This document shows, piece by piece, positions 46,935 to 59,149 of a stretch of DNA of 64,000 nt. The first letter of the stretch is position 1; every line of letters starts with the position of its first letter. The position numbers were made by a program, and so were the translations under genes. The stretch comes from Isurus oxyrinchus (Eukaryota): positions 39,928,001 through 39,992,000 of the forward strand of contig JANJGN010000017.1 in assembly GCA_026770705.1 (NCBI GenBank), given 5' to 3'. The notes beneath the pieces are model-generated. The model saw nothing but the letters and a program-made list of their open reading frames with translations, was not told the origin of the DNA and searched no databases.

Positions 46935-49510
46935 AAGACATAGCAGAAATTAGGCCATTCAGCCCATTGAGTCTGCTCCACCATTCAATCATGGCTGATA
47001 AGTTTCTCAACTCCATTCTCCTGCCTTCTCCCCGTAACCTTTGATCCCCTTACCAATCAAGAACCTATCTATCTTGGTTTTAAATACACTCAATGACCTG
47101 ACCTCCACAGCCTTCTGTGGCAATGAATTCCATAAATTCACCGCTCTCTGGCTAAAGAAGTTTCTCCTCATCTCTGTTCTAAAAGGTCTTCCCTTTACTC
47201 TGAGGCTGTGCCCTCGGGTCCTAGTCTCTCCTACTAATGGAAACACCTTCCCTGCGTCCACTCTATCCAGGCCTTTCAGTTTTCTCTAAGTTTCAATCAG
47301 ATCCCTCCTCATCCTTCTAAACTCCATCGAGTATAGACCCAGAGTCCTCAAACGTTCCTCATATGTTAAGCCTTTCATTCCTGGGATCGTTCTCGTGAAC
47401 CTCCTCTGGACCCTCTCCAGGGCCAGCACATCCTTCCTGAGATACAGGGCCCAAAATTGCTCACAATATTCTAATATTGTGAGCCTAATAAAGCCTCAGC
47501 AGCACATCCCTGCTTTTATATTCTAGTCCTCTCGAAATAAATGCCAACATTGCATTTGCCTTCCTAACTACCAACTCAAACTGCAAGTTAACTTTAAGAG
47601 AATCCTGGACTAGGACTCCCAAGTCCCTTTGCACTCCAGATTTCTGAATTCTCTCCACATTTAGAAAATAGTTTATGCCTCTACTCTATCTACCAAAGTG
47701 CATGACCTCACACTTCCCCACGTTGTATTTTGTCTGCCACTTCTTTGCGCATTCTCCTAACCTGTCCAAATCCTTCTGCAGCCTCCACCCCCTCCTCAAT
47801 ACTACCTGTCCTTCCACCTATCTTTGTATCATCTGCAAACTTAGCCAGGATGCCATCAGTTCCTTCATCTAGATCATTAATGTATAAAGTGAAAAGTTGT
47901 GGTTCCAACACTGACCCCTGCGGAACTCCACTAGTCACCGGCCGCCATCCTGAGAAGGACCCCCTTATCCCCACTCTGCCTCCTGTCAGACAACCAATCT
48001 TCTATCCATTGTTAGTACCTTGCCTCTAACACCACGGGCTCTTATCTTACTGAGCAGCCTCCTGTGCGGCACCTTGTCAAAGGCCTTCTGGAAGTCCAAG
48101 TAGATAACATCCATTGGCTCTCCTTTTTCTAACCTACTCATTACCTCCTCAAAGAATTCTAACAGATTTGTCAGGCATGACCTCCCCTTGATGAAACCAT
48201 ACTGACTTTGCCCTATTTTACCCTGCACTTCCAAGTATTCTGAAATCTCATCCTTAATAATGGACTCTAAACTCTTACCAATGACCGAGGTCAGGCTAAT
48301 CGGCCTGTAATTTCCCGTCTTTTGCCCCACTCCCTTCTTAAACAGGGGGTTACATTAACAATTTTCCAGTCCTCTGGGACCCTCCGACACGAGTGATTCC
48401 TGAAAGGTCACCACTAACCCCTCCACTATCTCTTCAGCTATCTCCTTCAGAACTCTGGGGTGTAATCCACCTTCGGACCTTTCAGTTTTCCTAGCACCTT
48501 CTCCTTGGTAATGGCCACCATACTCACCTCTGCCCCCCGAATCTCTTGAACTTTGGGGATGTTACTCGTGTCTTCCACCGTGAAGACTGACGCAAAGTAC
48601 CTATTCAGTTCCTCTGCCGTTTCTTCATACTACTTCTCCAGTGTCATTTTCCAGCAGCCCAATGTCCACTTTTGCCTCTCTCTTACCCTTTATATATCTA
48701 AAAAAACTCTTGCAATCTTCTTTTATATTACTGGCTAGTTTACCCTCATATTTAATCTTCTCCCTCCTTATTTCTTTTTTAGTTGTCCTCTGTTGGTCTT
48801 TGTAGGCTTCCCAATCCCCTAGTTTCCCACTGCTCTTTGCCACGTTGTATGCTTTCTCTTTAGCTTTTATGCTGTCCCTGACTTCCTTTGTCAGGCATGG
48901 TTACCTCATCCTCCCTTTAGTATGCTTCTTCTTCCGAGGGATGAATTTTTGCTGTGTCTCCCAAATTACTCCCAGAAACTCCTGCCATTGCTGTTCCACT
49001 GTCTTTCCTGCTAGACTCACCTCCCAGTCAATTCTGGCCAGCTCCTCCCTCATGCCTCTGTAGTTGCCTTTATTCAACTGTAATACCATTACATCTGATT
49101 CCAGTTTTTTCCTCTCAAATTGCAGGGTAAATTCTATCATATTATGGTCACTTCCTCCTAAGGGTTCCTTCACTTTAAGCTCTCTTATCGAATCTGCCTC
49201 ATTAGGGAACAGGCAATTCTAGATTTAGTGATGTGTAGTGGGCTCCATCACAAGCTGCTCCAAAAAGCCATCTCGTAGACATTCCACAAATTCCTTTTCT
49301 TGGGATCTACTACCAACCTGATTTTCCAGTCTACCTGCATATTGAAATCCCCTATGATCACTGTAACCTTGCCTTTCTTACACACCTTTTCTATTTCCCG
49401 CTATATCTCGTGCTCCACATCCTGACTACTGTTCGGAGGCCTGTACATAACTCCCATTCTGGTTTTTTTAACTTTGCGGTTCCTCAACTCTACCCACACA
49501 GATTCTACAA
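46935..49510 (-). mobile_element. CR1 LINE, about 2.6 kb of ORF2 (endonuclease end to RT), frameshifted
   Basis: LGGSDHNMIEF; NYRPISLTSV; YLDFQKAFDKVPH; VPQGSVL..LF..YINDL; KFADDTK. Confidence 0.96.
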
Positions 49511-49974
49511 TGCTATAATGGCTGTGTTATTAAATTAACTGTTTTGCCTGGAGGAATGCTATTAGTGATGGGCATTGCTAATAACAAATCACTGATGTCT
49601 AAAAACAAAGGAAGAATGAATCATCCTCTGCCCAGTCCACCATTTGATAGATTCTAAAATTATTCTCTGTAACTTTCTCTTTCTTTCCTTTCACATTCTC
49701 CTTCCTCCCACAATACTCAGATTCCCCCAATGCGAAGGAATCATTATGTCCCAGATCCTCCCAGTGGTCACTGAATTTGACTCTAGGTGACTTCTGCCAT
49801 TGGTGTTACATCATGGAATATGACATTAAAATATGTTACATTTGTTAATTGAAAATTTATTCTGGGAGGAAGTAAAGTCAAAATAAATGCTAATTTTTAT
49901 AATATACAATTACCTTGCATAAATATTCCAAATCTTGTGTGTATCCAATAAATATTATACAGTATAGAACATAG

Positions 49975-50700
49975 ATGATATAAAATAAGGGGTACAACTC
50001 TAAAGGGTGTGCAGGAGCAGAGGGACCTGGGTTTATATATGCATAAGTCATTGAAGGTGGCAGGACAGGTTGAGAGAGTGGTTAATAAAACAGACTGTAT
50101 CCTAGGCTTTATTAATAGGGGCATAGAGTACAAGAGCAAGGATGTTATGTTGAACTTTTATAAGACGCTAATTTGGCCTCAGCTGGAGTATTATGTTAAG
50201 TTCTGGGTGCCACCCTTTAGAAAAGAAGGGAAGGCGTTAGAGAGAGTGCAGAAAAGATTCACAAGAATGGTCCCAGAGTGAGGAAATTCAGTTATGAAGA
50301 TAGATTAGAGAAGTTGTCACTGTTGCCTTTTGAGAAAAGAAGGCTTGAGAAGAGATTTGATAGAGGTATTCAAAATCAGGATAGATTGGGAGAAACTGTT
50401 CCAACTGTGAACGGATCAAGAATGAGAGGGCACGGATTTATAGTAATTGGGAAAAGAAGCAAAAACGATATATGAGAAAACTTTTTCACACAGCGAGTGG
50501 TTAAGGTCTGGAATGCACTGCCTGAGAGTGCGGTGGAGGCAGGTTCAATTGAGGCGTTCAAAAGGTAATTAGATTGTTACCAGGAAAGGAAGAATGTGCA
50601 GGGCTACGGCAGGAGAATGGCACTAAATGAATTGCTCATTCGGAGAGCAGACACAATGGGCCGCAAGGCCTCCTTCTGTGCTGCAACAATTCTGTGATCC
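49975..50700 (+). mobile_element. CR1 3' fragment
   Basis: ORF 50009-50281 (QRDLGL..LGFINRGIEYKSK..PQLEY). Confidence 0.92.
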
Positions 50701-50704
50701 TTTA

Positions 50705-50884
50705 ATTATTTCTCTATCATGGACCACAAAGGGTGCATTGCAGTGCATTTTAAACTTAACGGGATGCCTCATTTGTATGTTGAAGCTGTGTTTGTCTCAG
50801 AGTTGGTATCTAACGTTACATGACACCCAACCGATTGTCAAAGATTAAAAGTTTCTGTTAGCAGCTATTGAGATGCATGAGAGA
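50705..50884 (-). pseudogene. ITIH-like unit 4: end of VWA domain
   Basis: IAANRNF*SLTIGWVSCNVRYQL*DKHS, comparable with ITIH5 EAARGQVCIFTIGIGNDVDFRLLEKLS. Confidence 0.6.
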
Positions 50885-51012
50885 NNNNNNNNNNNNNNNN
50901 NNNNNNNNNNNNNNNNNNNNNNNNNNNNNNNNNNNNNNNNNNNNNNNNNNNNNNNNNNNNNNNNNNNNNNNNNNNNNNNNNNNNNNNNNNNNNNNNNNNN
51001 NNNNNNNNNNNN
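50885..51012. other. Assembly gap (128 N)
   Basis: Directly visible. Confidence 1.
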
Positions 51013-51031
51013 CAGGATTTTCTGGAAAGGA

Positions 51032-51237
51032 TTGTCAGATTCTTACAAGTAATGAATTTTTCATTTCAGATGGGAATGTGTTTTTAAAAAGTTAGATGGT
51101 CCTATTTGTAAAGAATACTAAGGTGTCTTCTGTATATCATTTTAGGCCCCTGGCTGGAATTGTCATGGGCAGGACGGAAAATGTGACGGACCAGCCAAAG
51201 ACCCGGGCGGGAATTTCCAGTCCTTCGGCGGGTGGCT

Positions 51238-51279
<42 letters not shown>

Positions 51280-51347
51280 TAGGTCCTGCAGGGGTTGTAA
51301 TGAGATTTCATCCAGATCTGACATGTTCTTTAAAATATCTAGAAAGG

Positions 51348-51393
<46 letters not shown>

Positions 51394-51516
51394 CATTTTT
51401 TTGTCAGATTCTTACAAGTAATGAATTTTTCCTTTCAAATGGGAATGTCTTTTTAAAAAGTTATATGGTCATATTTGTAAAGAATACTAAGGTGTCTTCT
51501 ATATATCATTTTAGGC
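51032..51516. repeat. Local duplication of about 115 bp flanking a mini-MITE and two (CA)n tracts
   Basis: tgtcagattcttacaagtaatgaatttttc...atatcattttaggc occurs at about 51032-51146 and 51402-51516. (CA)n at about 51242-51278 and 51349-51390. Confidence 0.9.
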
Positions 51517-51559
51517 TCTGTTACCTTTTTGGTTCATTTAAACTCTGAGCATTGAGACT

Positions 51560-52545
51560 GATCCAGGCTATTTATAGTTTGAGTACTTCTGGCTGGAAGT
51601 CAAATAAACAAGCGGCTTACTGTTGGTCTTGTAGTCACATGTCTGCAGTTCTTTGGCAAGTACAGTGAGCTGATCCTATATTAATATCTTGAAGGGGACA
51701 CTGTGGTTTTCTTCTGCCGAAGATTGCTTCTGCTCTTGCACCCAGAGAGCTGTTACGCTAACTAACTCTTGATAGCCTCGTGACTTGTCAGAGGGAAAAC
51801 CCTGCAGCTGAATGAGGTAGTTGGGAATAAACCTCAAGCCCTCTTGAAATCCAATCTTATTGCATGGCTCAGTGCAGCAGTATGTAATGTGACATCTGTT
51901 TCTAAAGGGTGGGGTTGTTTATGCCTGTCAGACTTAGCGGGACAGAGGAGCAGGCCCTCTGAGGCTGATGGAGGCTACCATCTGGTGGAAGAGGTCTTTG
52001 ATTTGCTTTCCACCTTTCTTGAACTGCCTAGTAAAGTCCTCCTTTATTCGGGGCTACCACGAGACTCGGACTTGGATAGTGGAGTAGGCAATAATGCATG
52101 ATTACTGTTTATGAGATTCTTAGTGGCCCTCAAGACACTTTTACGCAGCTGGATAAGCCACTGCGCTGTTGCTAAATACACAGACTGGTTGAAAGAAATG
52201 TCAGATATTGTCTCACTGGAGAGTCACTCTGTCCACAAAAACCATAACAGAAAGGCTCATTTAAAAAAAAATAATCTTGTTTCCTTAGAACAAGGCCAAG
52301 CCAGCAAGCTCTTGTCAAATGGAGTTGTTATCTATTTCTTTTGTAGCTGAAGGGACATGGTTTGTTTTTCTGCCTTGCTCACTTTCACAATTTTTTGTAA
52401 AGGTTTTTTACTTGTACAAGCCGATCTCTGTAATGTAGCGATCTATTCTGATTATTGGTACCTTTCAGTTGTACACTTTGTTGTTGCGTTGTGATAAAAG
52501 GCTTTTGTAAAGATGTGGAAACTATTGATGGTGTATTCTGTAACT
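51560..52545 (-). pseudogene. ITIH-like unit 4: VIT domain to start of VWA (about 1 kb, continuous)
   Basis: TINSFHIFTKAFYHNATT (TINSFHI at 52512-52532; cf. IYSFHINSTVTSRYATT), AGL, SLSVMVFVDRVTLQ (cf. VSVNVAAGSKVTFE), LETDVTL, NLRQKK (51708-51722; cf. KLRQTK), FKIL..DQLTVL. Confidence 0.7.
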
Positions 52546-52564
52546 ACTTACCTGTGTGTTTATG

Positions 52565-53370
52565 GGCATAATTTTATGGTCCTCCGCTGCCAGGTTTCCA
52601 GGCAGGGTCGGGGGTGGGGCCCCCATAACTCCCAGGACTGGTCGTCCTGCCATTCTTCCCCTCGCATTTGACCTCAATTTCATGGACCATGGGCTAGGCG
52701 CAAGGCAACCAGCCCGCCCCAGCCATTATTGGCCATTGTCACTGAATCACCCTGGAACTCCCTCCCTAACAGCACTGTGGGTGTACCTACACCATATGGA
52801 CTGCAGCAGTTCAAGATAGCAGCTCATCACCACCTTCTCAAGGGCAATTAGGGATGGGCAATAAATACTGGCCTAGTCAGTGATGCCCACAACCCATGAA
52901 TGAATGATGAAAACTTAAGCGCTGCTTCCTGCTGGCCTCAGTTTTGAGGCAGGCGGGAGGAGTTAGGGGCAGAGAGGAAGCCTGGCAGATCACCCTGTCC
53001 AGGCCTTGGACAGGAAGAGGGGTGGATGCCTTCACGTCAGCTCCTCACCTCCCTCCCCAAGCCCCACCCACTCCCACTCCCACTCCCATTCCCTGTCCCA
53101 CCATACGTCTGCTCTCTGTGGGTCCTCTCTCCCCCCCTTACCCCCTGACCTCTCCATCACCACTCCCCGGCCCCTGGGCCTCACCTCCCACCACCTGGGC
53201 CTTACCTTCTCTCAGATTAGCTGGCAGCTCTCTGAGGCAAGACTTCCACCCCAATCAGGGGTCGTAAGCCAGTCTTCAGCCATTTAACACTTCTTGGATA
53301 GGGGGATGCATTTCCTGCTGATTTTTTGGGTCTCAGGGCAGGATACCCCTCCAACTGAAAAACCTTTGCC
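52565..53370. mobile_element. GC-rich Harbinger-type MITE with a nested CR1-type tail (52738-52905)
   Basis: Starts gggcataattttat and ends aaacctttgccc; the nested tail is caccttctcaagggcaattagggatgggcaataaa...atgaatgaat. Confidence 0.65.
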
Positions 53371-54559
53371 CTACCTTTCCATCTCCATCCTTGTGTTTAT
53401 GAATCTTGTACAAAATTCCTATTCAAGGAGTCTTAACTATTTTTGGGAGTAATCTAGGTTGGCCCCACCTATTCGAAAAGGTGAACATCTTTTACTCAAT
53501 CTATAAGCAGCTCACCTATTCTAAGATCTTGTACCAGGCAGCTTAACCTTGACTCATAGAATCTCCTTCATTGTGGGAGGTTCTCATTTCACCGAATCTC
53601 TACCAACCAGATGAGATTGTTGAATTCATGGCTTGAATGAGGGCCCCTGACCCCAAGGTTAAAACCTGAATGTCTTCCTGGGCACTTCATCCTGTTCGAA
53701 TCCTATTGTTAGACTTAACAGTTTGCAACAGAAGAAAATCCAGGAAGATTTTGATTAACTTCCAAAGGAATTGTACTCGTTGTACATCACACAATGAATT
53801 TGTACATTTGCACAATAATTGATATCAAAATTGAGATGTCAAAAGTGAGTGTTCTGATTATGCAATATTGTTTGTAAATCATTTCAGTTATATACATCAT
53901 TCAGTGCATAATGCTCTGGTCAATGCTACCACAGAGCTTGTGACCAAACAATTTGTCAATTTGAACCCAATTTGGCAGTGTTGTGAGTAAGACAGTGGCT
54001 TTTGGGCTGTTAGGTGCTACTGTTGCAGGATTAATCATGTATCCCGGTGGAATTGATTAAGCATACTCTGCTTAAACAGCCTATGCGTAATGTCTTAGGG
54101 CTTCCCTGAAAGCTGTTTATCAGTAAGATGAAACTGCCCACAATTGTGCCCATACTAGTCCATTAATACAGAATTAACTTAAAAGTCTAGATAAATTACA
54201 GCACTAGGGAATTTTTAAATACAGTAGCTAAGCAATGCATGCAATAGCATGCTTCATTCCATTTTTGTTAAAAGGATACCTTTTAAATGATGTTCCTGAA
54301 TGCCGAAAGATGTTTTTAAAAGCTGCAAGTTAATATTCTCTTTGAGGTTTGTAACATTTTAAGGTAAGCAGTGCCAATCATGTAATTATATTCCCAAGAT
54401 TTGGGAAATGTTAATGTCACTCTTTTATATAGGTTTCTCCAGTGTGCTAAAAACAGACTTAAACTCATGCAGTCATGGTACATTTCAGCATTTGAGGTTT
54501 CATTTTAACAAAGCCAAAATAGTCCTCACTTACTCCGAGTGAAACCCTCACGGGCTACA

Positions 54560-56030
54560 CATCTCCTTAATCATTTGCTACTTAATCCATCTGTTGTGTC
54601 TGATATGTAGAAGCAGTCAGCAGGCAGGAGCATGATGCTCAAGACAAATAAACCTCTTTAAACAGTGTAGTGGCCGCTATTCTCACTTTAACCCTTTCAG
54701 GAGTTAGGGTTTGTTTTAAAAAGAAGTTTTTTCTTGATTTTGATCAGTTACAAATACAGCTGTTGTCTTAATTGCACTTTTTGGTCAGCACTGTCACCAT
54801 CTTGTTTTCCAACAAGGAAATACTGATTCGTACATTTGCTTGTTTTATATTATGGTTTCCTGTGAAAGTCCCAGCACTGCTAACAGGAAATGAAAGTCGG
54901 GCTGTGGATTTATACCTTGTGTTGCTGTTGCTGCTATTTGCGTCTGATCAGGAACGTGACACAGAGGAGCTGACATGTTTCCTCCAGTGGATTATTTACC
55001 AGTTGTAGAGACCTCGGAGGTCAGTTGGGTTCAAATCTCAGGGGTCGATATATGCTTGACTCTGCTTGTAAAACAGCTCTGTAGAACAGGACCTGTAGTC
55101 TTGTACCATCTAAAAACATTTGTCTTGAACGGGTGGCATTCTTTTTTGCATTGAACCTTGTCCAGAATGTGAAAGTATTTAGTAATTTGCATCAGATCTG
55201 AGATCCTTGTTATCTTTGCTTTGAGGTTCCGTGTGTTTAATACTTATTTTTTAAAATTCTGTTTTTTTTAAGCTGGTCTTTATCCACAAACTATCTGGAG
55301 CAGTCTGGGAGGGATTATATAAAGGGAAGGATTTTATACAACGTATCAAATACGTAAATGTAACCTATTTGGATTTTGATATTTGTGTTAACTCAGTGTT
55401 TTTATCTTCAAATGCTAACTATTTCTGTCTCCCGTTTATGTTATTACCCCTTGCTGGGCATTTTAAAATGACATATTGCACATTATTAATTTGATTACTT
55501 TAATAATTATTGTTTCCTTTTACTCCTATCTGCCAAAAATGATGAAAGTGCTGAATTGGAAGATTTGCACAGGCAAATATTTTCCTAATGCCATAGCAAC
55601 TGAGCACAGGTGGTGTGTTAGGCAATTAGTAAGATTTCGCTCCTGCAGGCAGTTGAAGTTTGGAGAACTTCTGTTAGTGACAACAAAGATTTAAAGTGGT
55701 GTAAAACTCCTGAAATACTTGCCATGAGGCAGGGGAACACTTTTAGGTAAGTTATCAACTGGAATGACTTCGCTTGATTTCTGGGTTGTTAACTTATTCT
55801 GTGCCCTCCTGTTGCCCATTCTATCCTTTTATAAAGGAACTGTACTGCCCCCTCCTTTTTAGCTTCCTTTCTCATTCCCCTCTCCGCCACGCATCATTCT
55901 TCTTCCTCCTGAGTTCATTGCTCGAAGGCAAGTCTGACCCACAGGACCACTGCCTCAGCCACGGGTGGGGCATGGAGGCAGGTTGTTCTGAGTCCACCCC
56001 AGCTGGAATGGATCGAAACCCATTCTGATC
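54560..56030 (-). pseudogene. ITIH-like unit 5 (partial): helical region and C-terminal domain
   Basis: EAVV..VRL; KRIEWA; KYFRSFTPL*IFVVT (about 55675-55720; cf. KYHFVTPLTSMVVT); CHPF; SCF; RLSFP...VRISISLLENKMVTV (cf. RLVLP...LEVSVSANANVTV); CFYISDTTDGLSS (about 54577-54612; cf. GFYIANSEGLSS). Confidence 0.65.
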
Positions 56031-56047
56031 CACACCGACTAAGCCAA

Positions 56048-56110
56048 CCCGCCCCCGCCCCCCGCCCCCACCCCCACCCCCACCCCCCACCCCCACCCCC
56101 ACCCCCACCA
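56048..56110. repeat. (CCCCCR)n C-rich tract (G-quadruplex-capable on the minus strand)
   Basis: Directly visible runs of 4-5 C separated by single purines. Confidence 0.9.
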
Positions 56111-56279
56111 GCAAAGGAATCAGAATTGCAGTGGCAACATAGACTTTTATAAGCATGTTGCAGCCTGGAGTTATGGACAGTGATGGTAGAGGCTCCAATT
56201 TCTTTTCATCGCATGGCTGACCAGGAATCTCTCCTGCTCTAAGTGGTCCAAGTACCAATCCTGGGGAACTCCACTGTAT

Positions 56280-56930
56280 GGCTACCTCCAGTCTGAAAAA
56301 CAACTGTTCACTACTGCTCTCTGTTCCCTGTCAGCCAACTTTGTATCCATGTTGCCACAGTCCTTTTTATTCCATGGGTTTCACCTTTGCTGACAAGCTT
56401 GTTATGTGGCACTTTATTAAATGTTTTCTGAAAGCCCATGTACACCTCATCAACCCTCTGTTACTCATCAAACAAACTTAATCAAGTTAGTTAAACATGA
56501 TTTGCTCTTAATAAATTGATGCTGGCTTTCCTTAATTAATCCACATTTGTCCAAGTGGCTTTTAATGTTGTTCCAGATAATCATGTCTAAAACTTTCCCA
56601 ACATGAAGGTTAAACTGACTGGCTTGTAGTTGCTGAACTTATCTTTACACCTTTTTGATCAAGGGTGTAACATTTGAAATCCTTCAGTCCTCTGGCACCA
56701 CCACTACCTAGGGAGGATTGCCAGATTATGGCTAGTGCCTCTGTAATTTCCATCCTTACTTCCCTTAGTATTCTCAGATGTGTCTGATTTGGTCCGGGTG
56801 ACATATCAACTTGAAGTACAACCAGTCTTTCTAATACCTCCTCTTTTATCATTTTTTACTCTATCCAGTGTCTCAACTACCTCCTCTTTCACTATGACTT
56901 GGGCAGCATCTTCCTTTGTAAAGACAGATG
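56280..56930 (-). mobile_element. CR1 RT fragment
   Basis: SPGPNQTHLRILREVRMEITEALAII; FASVFT-like segment; QHQF..SKSCLTNL. Confidence 0.85.
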
Positions 56931-57004
56931 CCAAGCTGCAAGAGGATACCTTGGACTGAGATTTCCTTGAACATTCCACACAAGAGTTCAGAGCTTGGTG
57001 TCTG

Positions 57005-57180
57005 TCTTCCCTCACACCCACGGTGTCATTGACTGTTATTAGGGCCTCAGAAGTCCAGCCAGCAACATTCAAGAATAGTAAAGGCTACCACTCCATTAAT
57101 GCCCAGTGTTCAGTGACAGAAACAGGATCATGTAAGTTTATACAAACCATTTTCGAGGTATTTTCTTCATGACGCCTTGG
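57005..57180 (+). mobile_element. Harbinger (HARBI1-like) DDE transposase fragment
   Basis: GVIDC / IRASEVQPATFKNSKGYHSINAQ / DRNRIM*V...HDA, matching the GAIDCTH...NRKGYHSINVQ...HD motifs. Confidence 0.75.
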
Positions 57181-58029
57181 CTGCTGCAAAGGACCTGGAG
57201 AAAAGGAAAGGGCAGGCAAGCGTTATGATGGCAGTGAGTGGCTGGACGCAAGTTGGTAACTATTGGATATTCAGATATATTTTGCAGTTGTGAAACTTTC
57301 ATTAATATTTGCTGAGCTAAATGACAGATTACAGCTAATATGTAGATGCCTGAGCAGATGAGCCCCTAGCCTCAACTTGTCAGATGCTGGGTAATGACTT
57401 TACCCAGGCTACAATCTCTAGGGCTTCCTGCTCTATTTGGATGTTCTCCCCTTCCACCACACCGCCCCCAAACAATCTTGGTTCCTCTCCCTCACATTAT
57501 GGGCTATCTTGCAGGGTAGAAGTTTGTGACTGGCTGTTGAAAAGTTAAGGTGTGATGTGCCAGCTTGTGCAGATAGTACATGTGCTGAAAGCTGATGAAT
57601 AAGCAAGACTAATGAAGATTGGGAGGTGATGAATGCAAACCAAACATGTGGAATGTCAAGAGAGGAAGGAGTCCTGGGAGGAGTTCCTAGTTCTGCAAAT
57701 GCGAGGGCATGAGAAGAGAATGCTGTTGGTGTGTGGTCTGAAGAGAGGAAGGGTGAGGCGAGTATGTTTGGGAAGGGAAGGACATATTGCAAGACATCCT
57801 CCTGATTGTGTTTGGAAGATTGTGACAGAGGGGATGGAATTGTTGGAGCTGGTGGGAGAGGGTGTTAGGAGTGTGCCAAGTGTTGAGAGAGCAGGAGAGA
57901 TGGAAAGCTGTAGCAAAATCCAGCAAATGTCTTGTTCATATATTTAATTTATTACTTTAATTTTTGGAGCTCTATATATGTCATGGCAATAGAAGTAATC
58001 AGGTATGCTGAACCTTGCTGGTATGAAAG

Positions 58030-58170
58030 GAAAATAACGCGGATGCTGGAAATCTGAAATAAAAACAGAAAATGCTGGAAAAGCTCAGCAGGCCTGGCAG
58101 CATCTGTGGAGAGAGAAACAGCGTTAATGTTTCAAGTCTTCAGAGCTCTGAAGAAGGATCATATAGACTT
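58030..58170. mobile_element. Penelope-type terminal-repeat fragment
   Basis: gatgctggaaatctgaaataaaaacagaaaatgctggaaaagctcagcagg...gcatctgtggagagagaaacag...ctctgaagaagg. Confidence 0.7.
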
Positions 58171-58179
58171 GTTTTACTG

Positions 58180-58980
58180 GTGCTGGGTGGCAACAGAAAA
58201 ATAGTCCGTGCTTCAGCTCCTCCTCGCACTGCCAGTTATCAATTAGGTTTTTACAGTAACAGTGGTCGGGGTTTTCCATTCTGGGTAGGGAACCTGGCCA
58301 TCGATTCAGTTTCAGATCTTGACTCCACATGGTGTGTTCCAGACAGGCCCACTGAGATTTTTAAAGGCCTAGGCTTATTAATAGGGAGTGGGCTTGTCAT
58401 CTGGCTAAGGGTAGTGGATGAGTTCCCTAGGCACGAGGGCCAATGGGAGTCCCTCTAGCACTGTCATATCAACAGCTCCATCAGCCAAAGTGGAAGCTGC
58501 AGATTCATATTGGACAAGAGAAAGAGCATCTCAAAATGGAGGCACCCTCTGAAGAAAAGATCGGTTCAGTTTTAATTTAAAAAGGCCACTGCTGCCTGGC
58601 CGTGATCATAGAGGGACAACCCATCCATGGGATGGCCAGCAGCTACAGCGGTGGCCCAATAAAGATCAAGGGAGGGGATTCCTTGTGTATCCATACCTTC
58701 CACTCCACCACACCCGACTTCCCACCCTGAGCCCATCACATTGGCCTGGCATATGTGCTACAGGGGCTGCCATGGGCCTGAATATCACAGTCAGCTAGGT
58801 ACTTGCCTTAATAGGCCCAATGATTTATCATTATTTGGCCTGAATTGACAGTCTGCCAGGAAGTGGCAGGCATCCAATTTGATCCCAAGGCCCCCTCATT
58901 GAAAATGGCATGGGGTCAGGGTGGTGGCAGGAAACTGGCACGGAGGCTGGAGGCATAAAATTGTACACCTACTCGCCTTC
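58180..58980. mobile_element. Degraded GC-rich MITE-like repeat
   Basis: Shares motifs (aaaatggaggcaccctc, cttaataggccc) with 2782-3468; termini unclear. Confidence 0.4.
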
Positions 58981-59149
58981 CTTTATTCAATGAGATCATA
59001 ATTGGTCTATGACCTAACCCCCCATATACCCACCTTTTCCCCTTATCCTATAATGCCTTTGGATATTTAATTGCAAATGTCTAAACTTATGTGAAACTAA
59101 TATTTAGTTTCCTAGCAAAGTTTCTAAATTTATAATTTACTTTTGCACA

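Noticed and set aside
51096-51548. 150-aa ORF with HT repeats
   Set aside because: It is produced by (CA)n microsatellites and a local duplication next to the gap.
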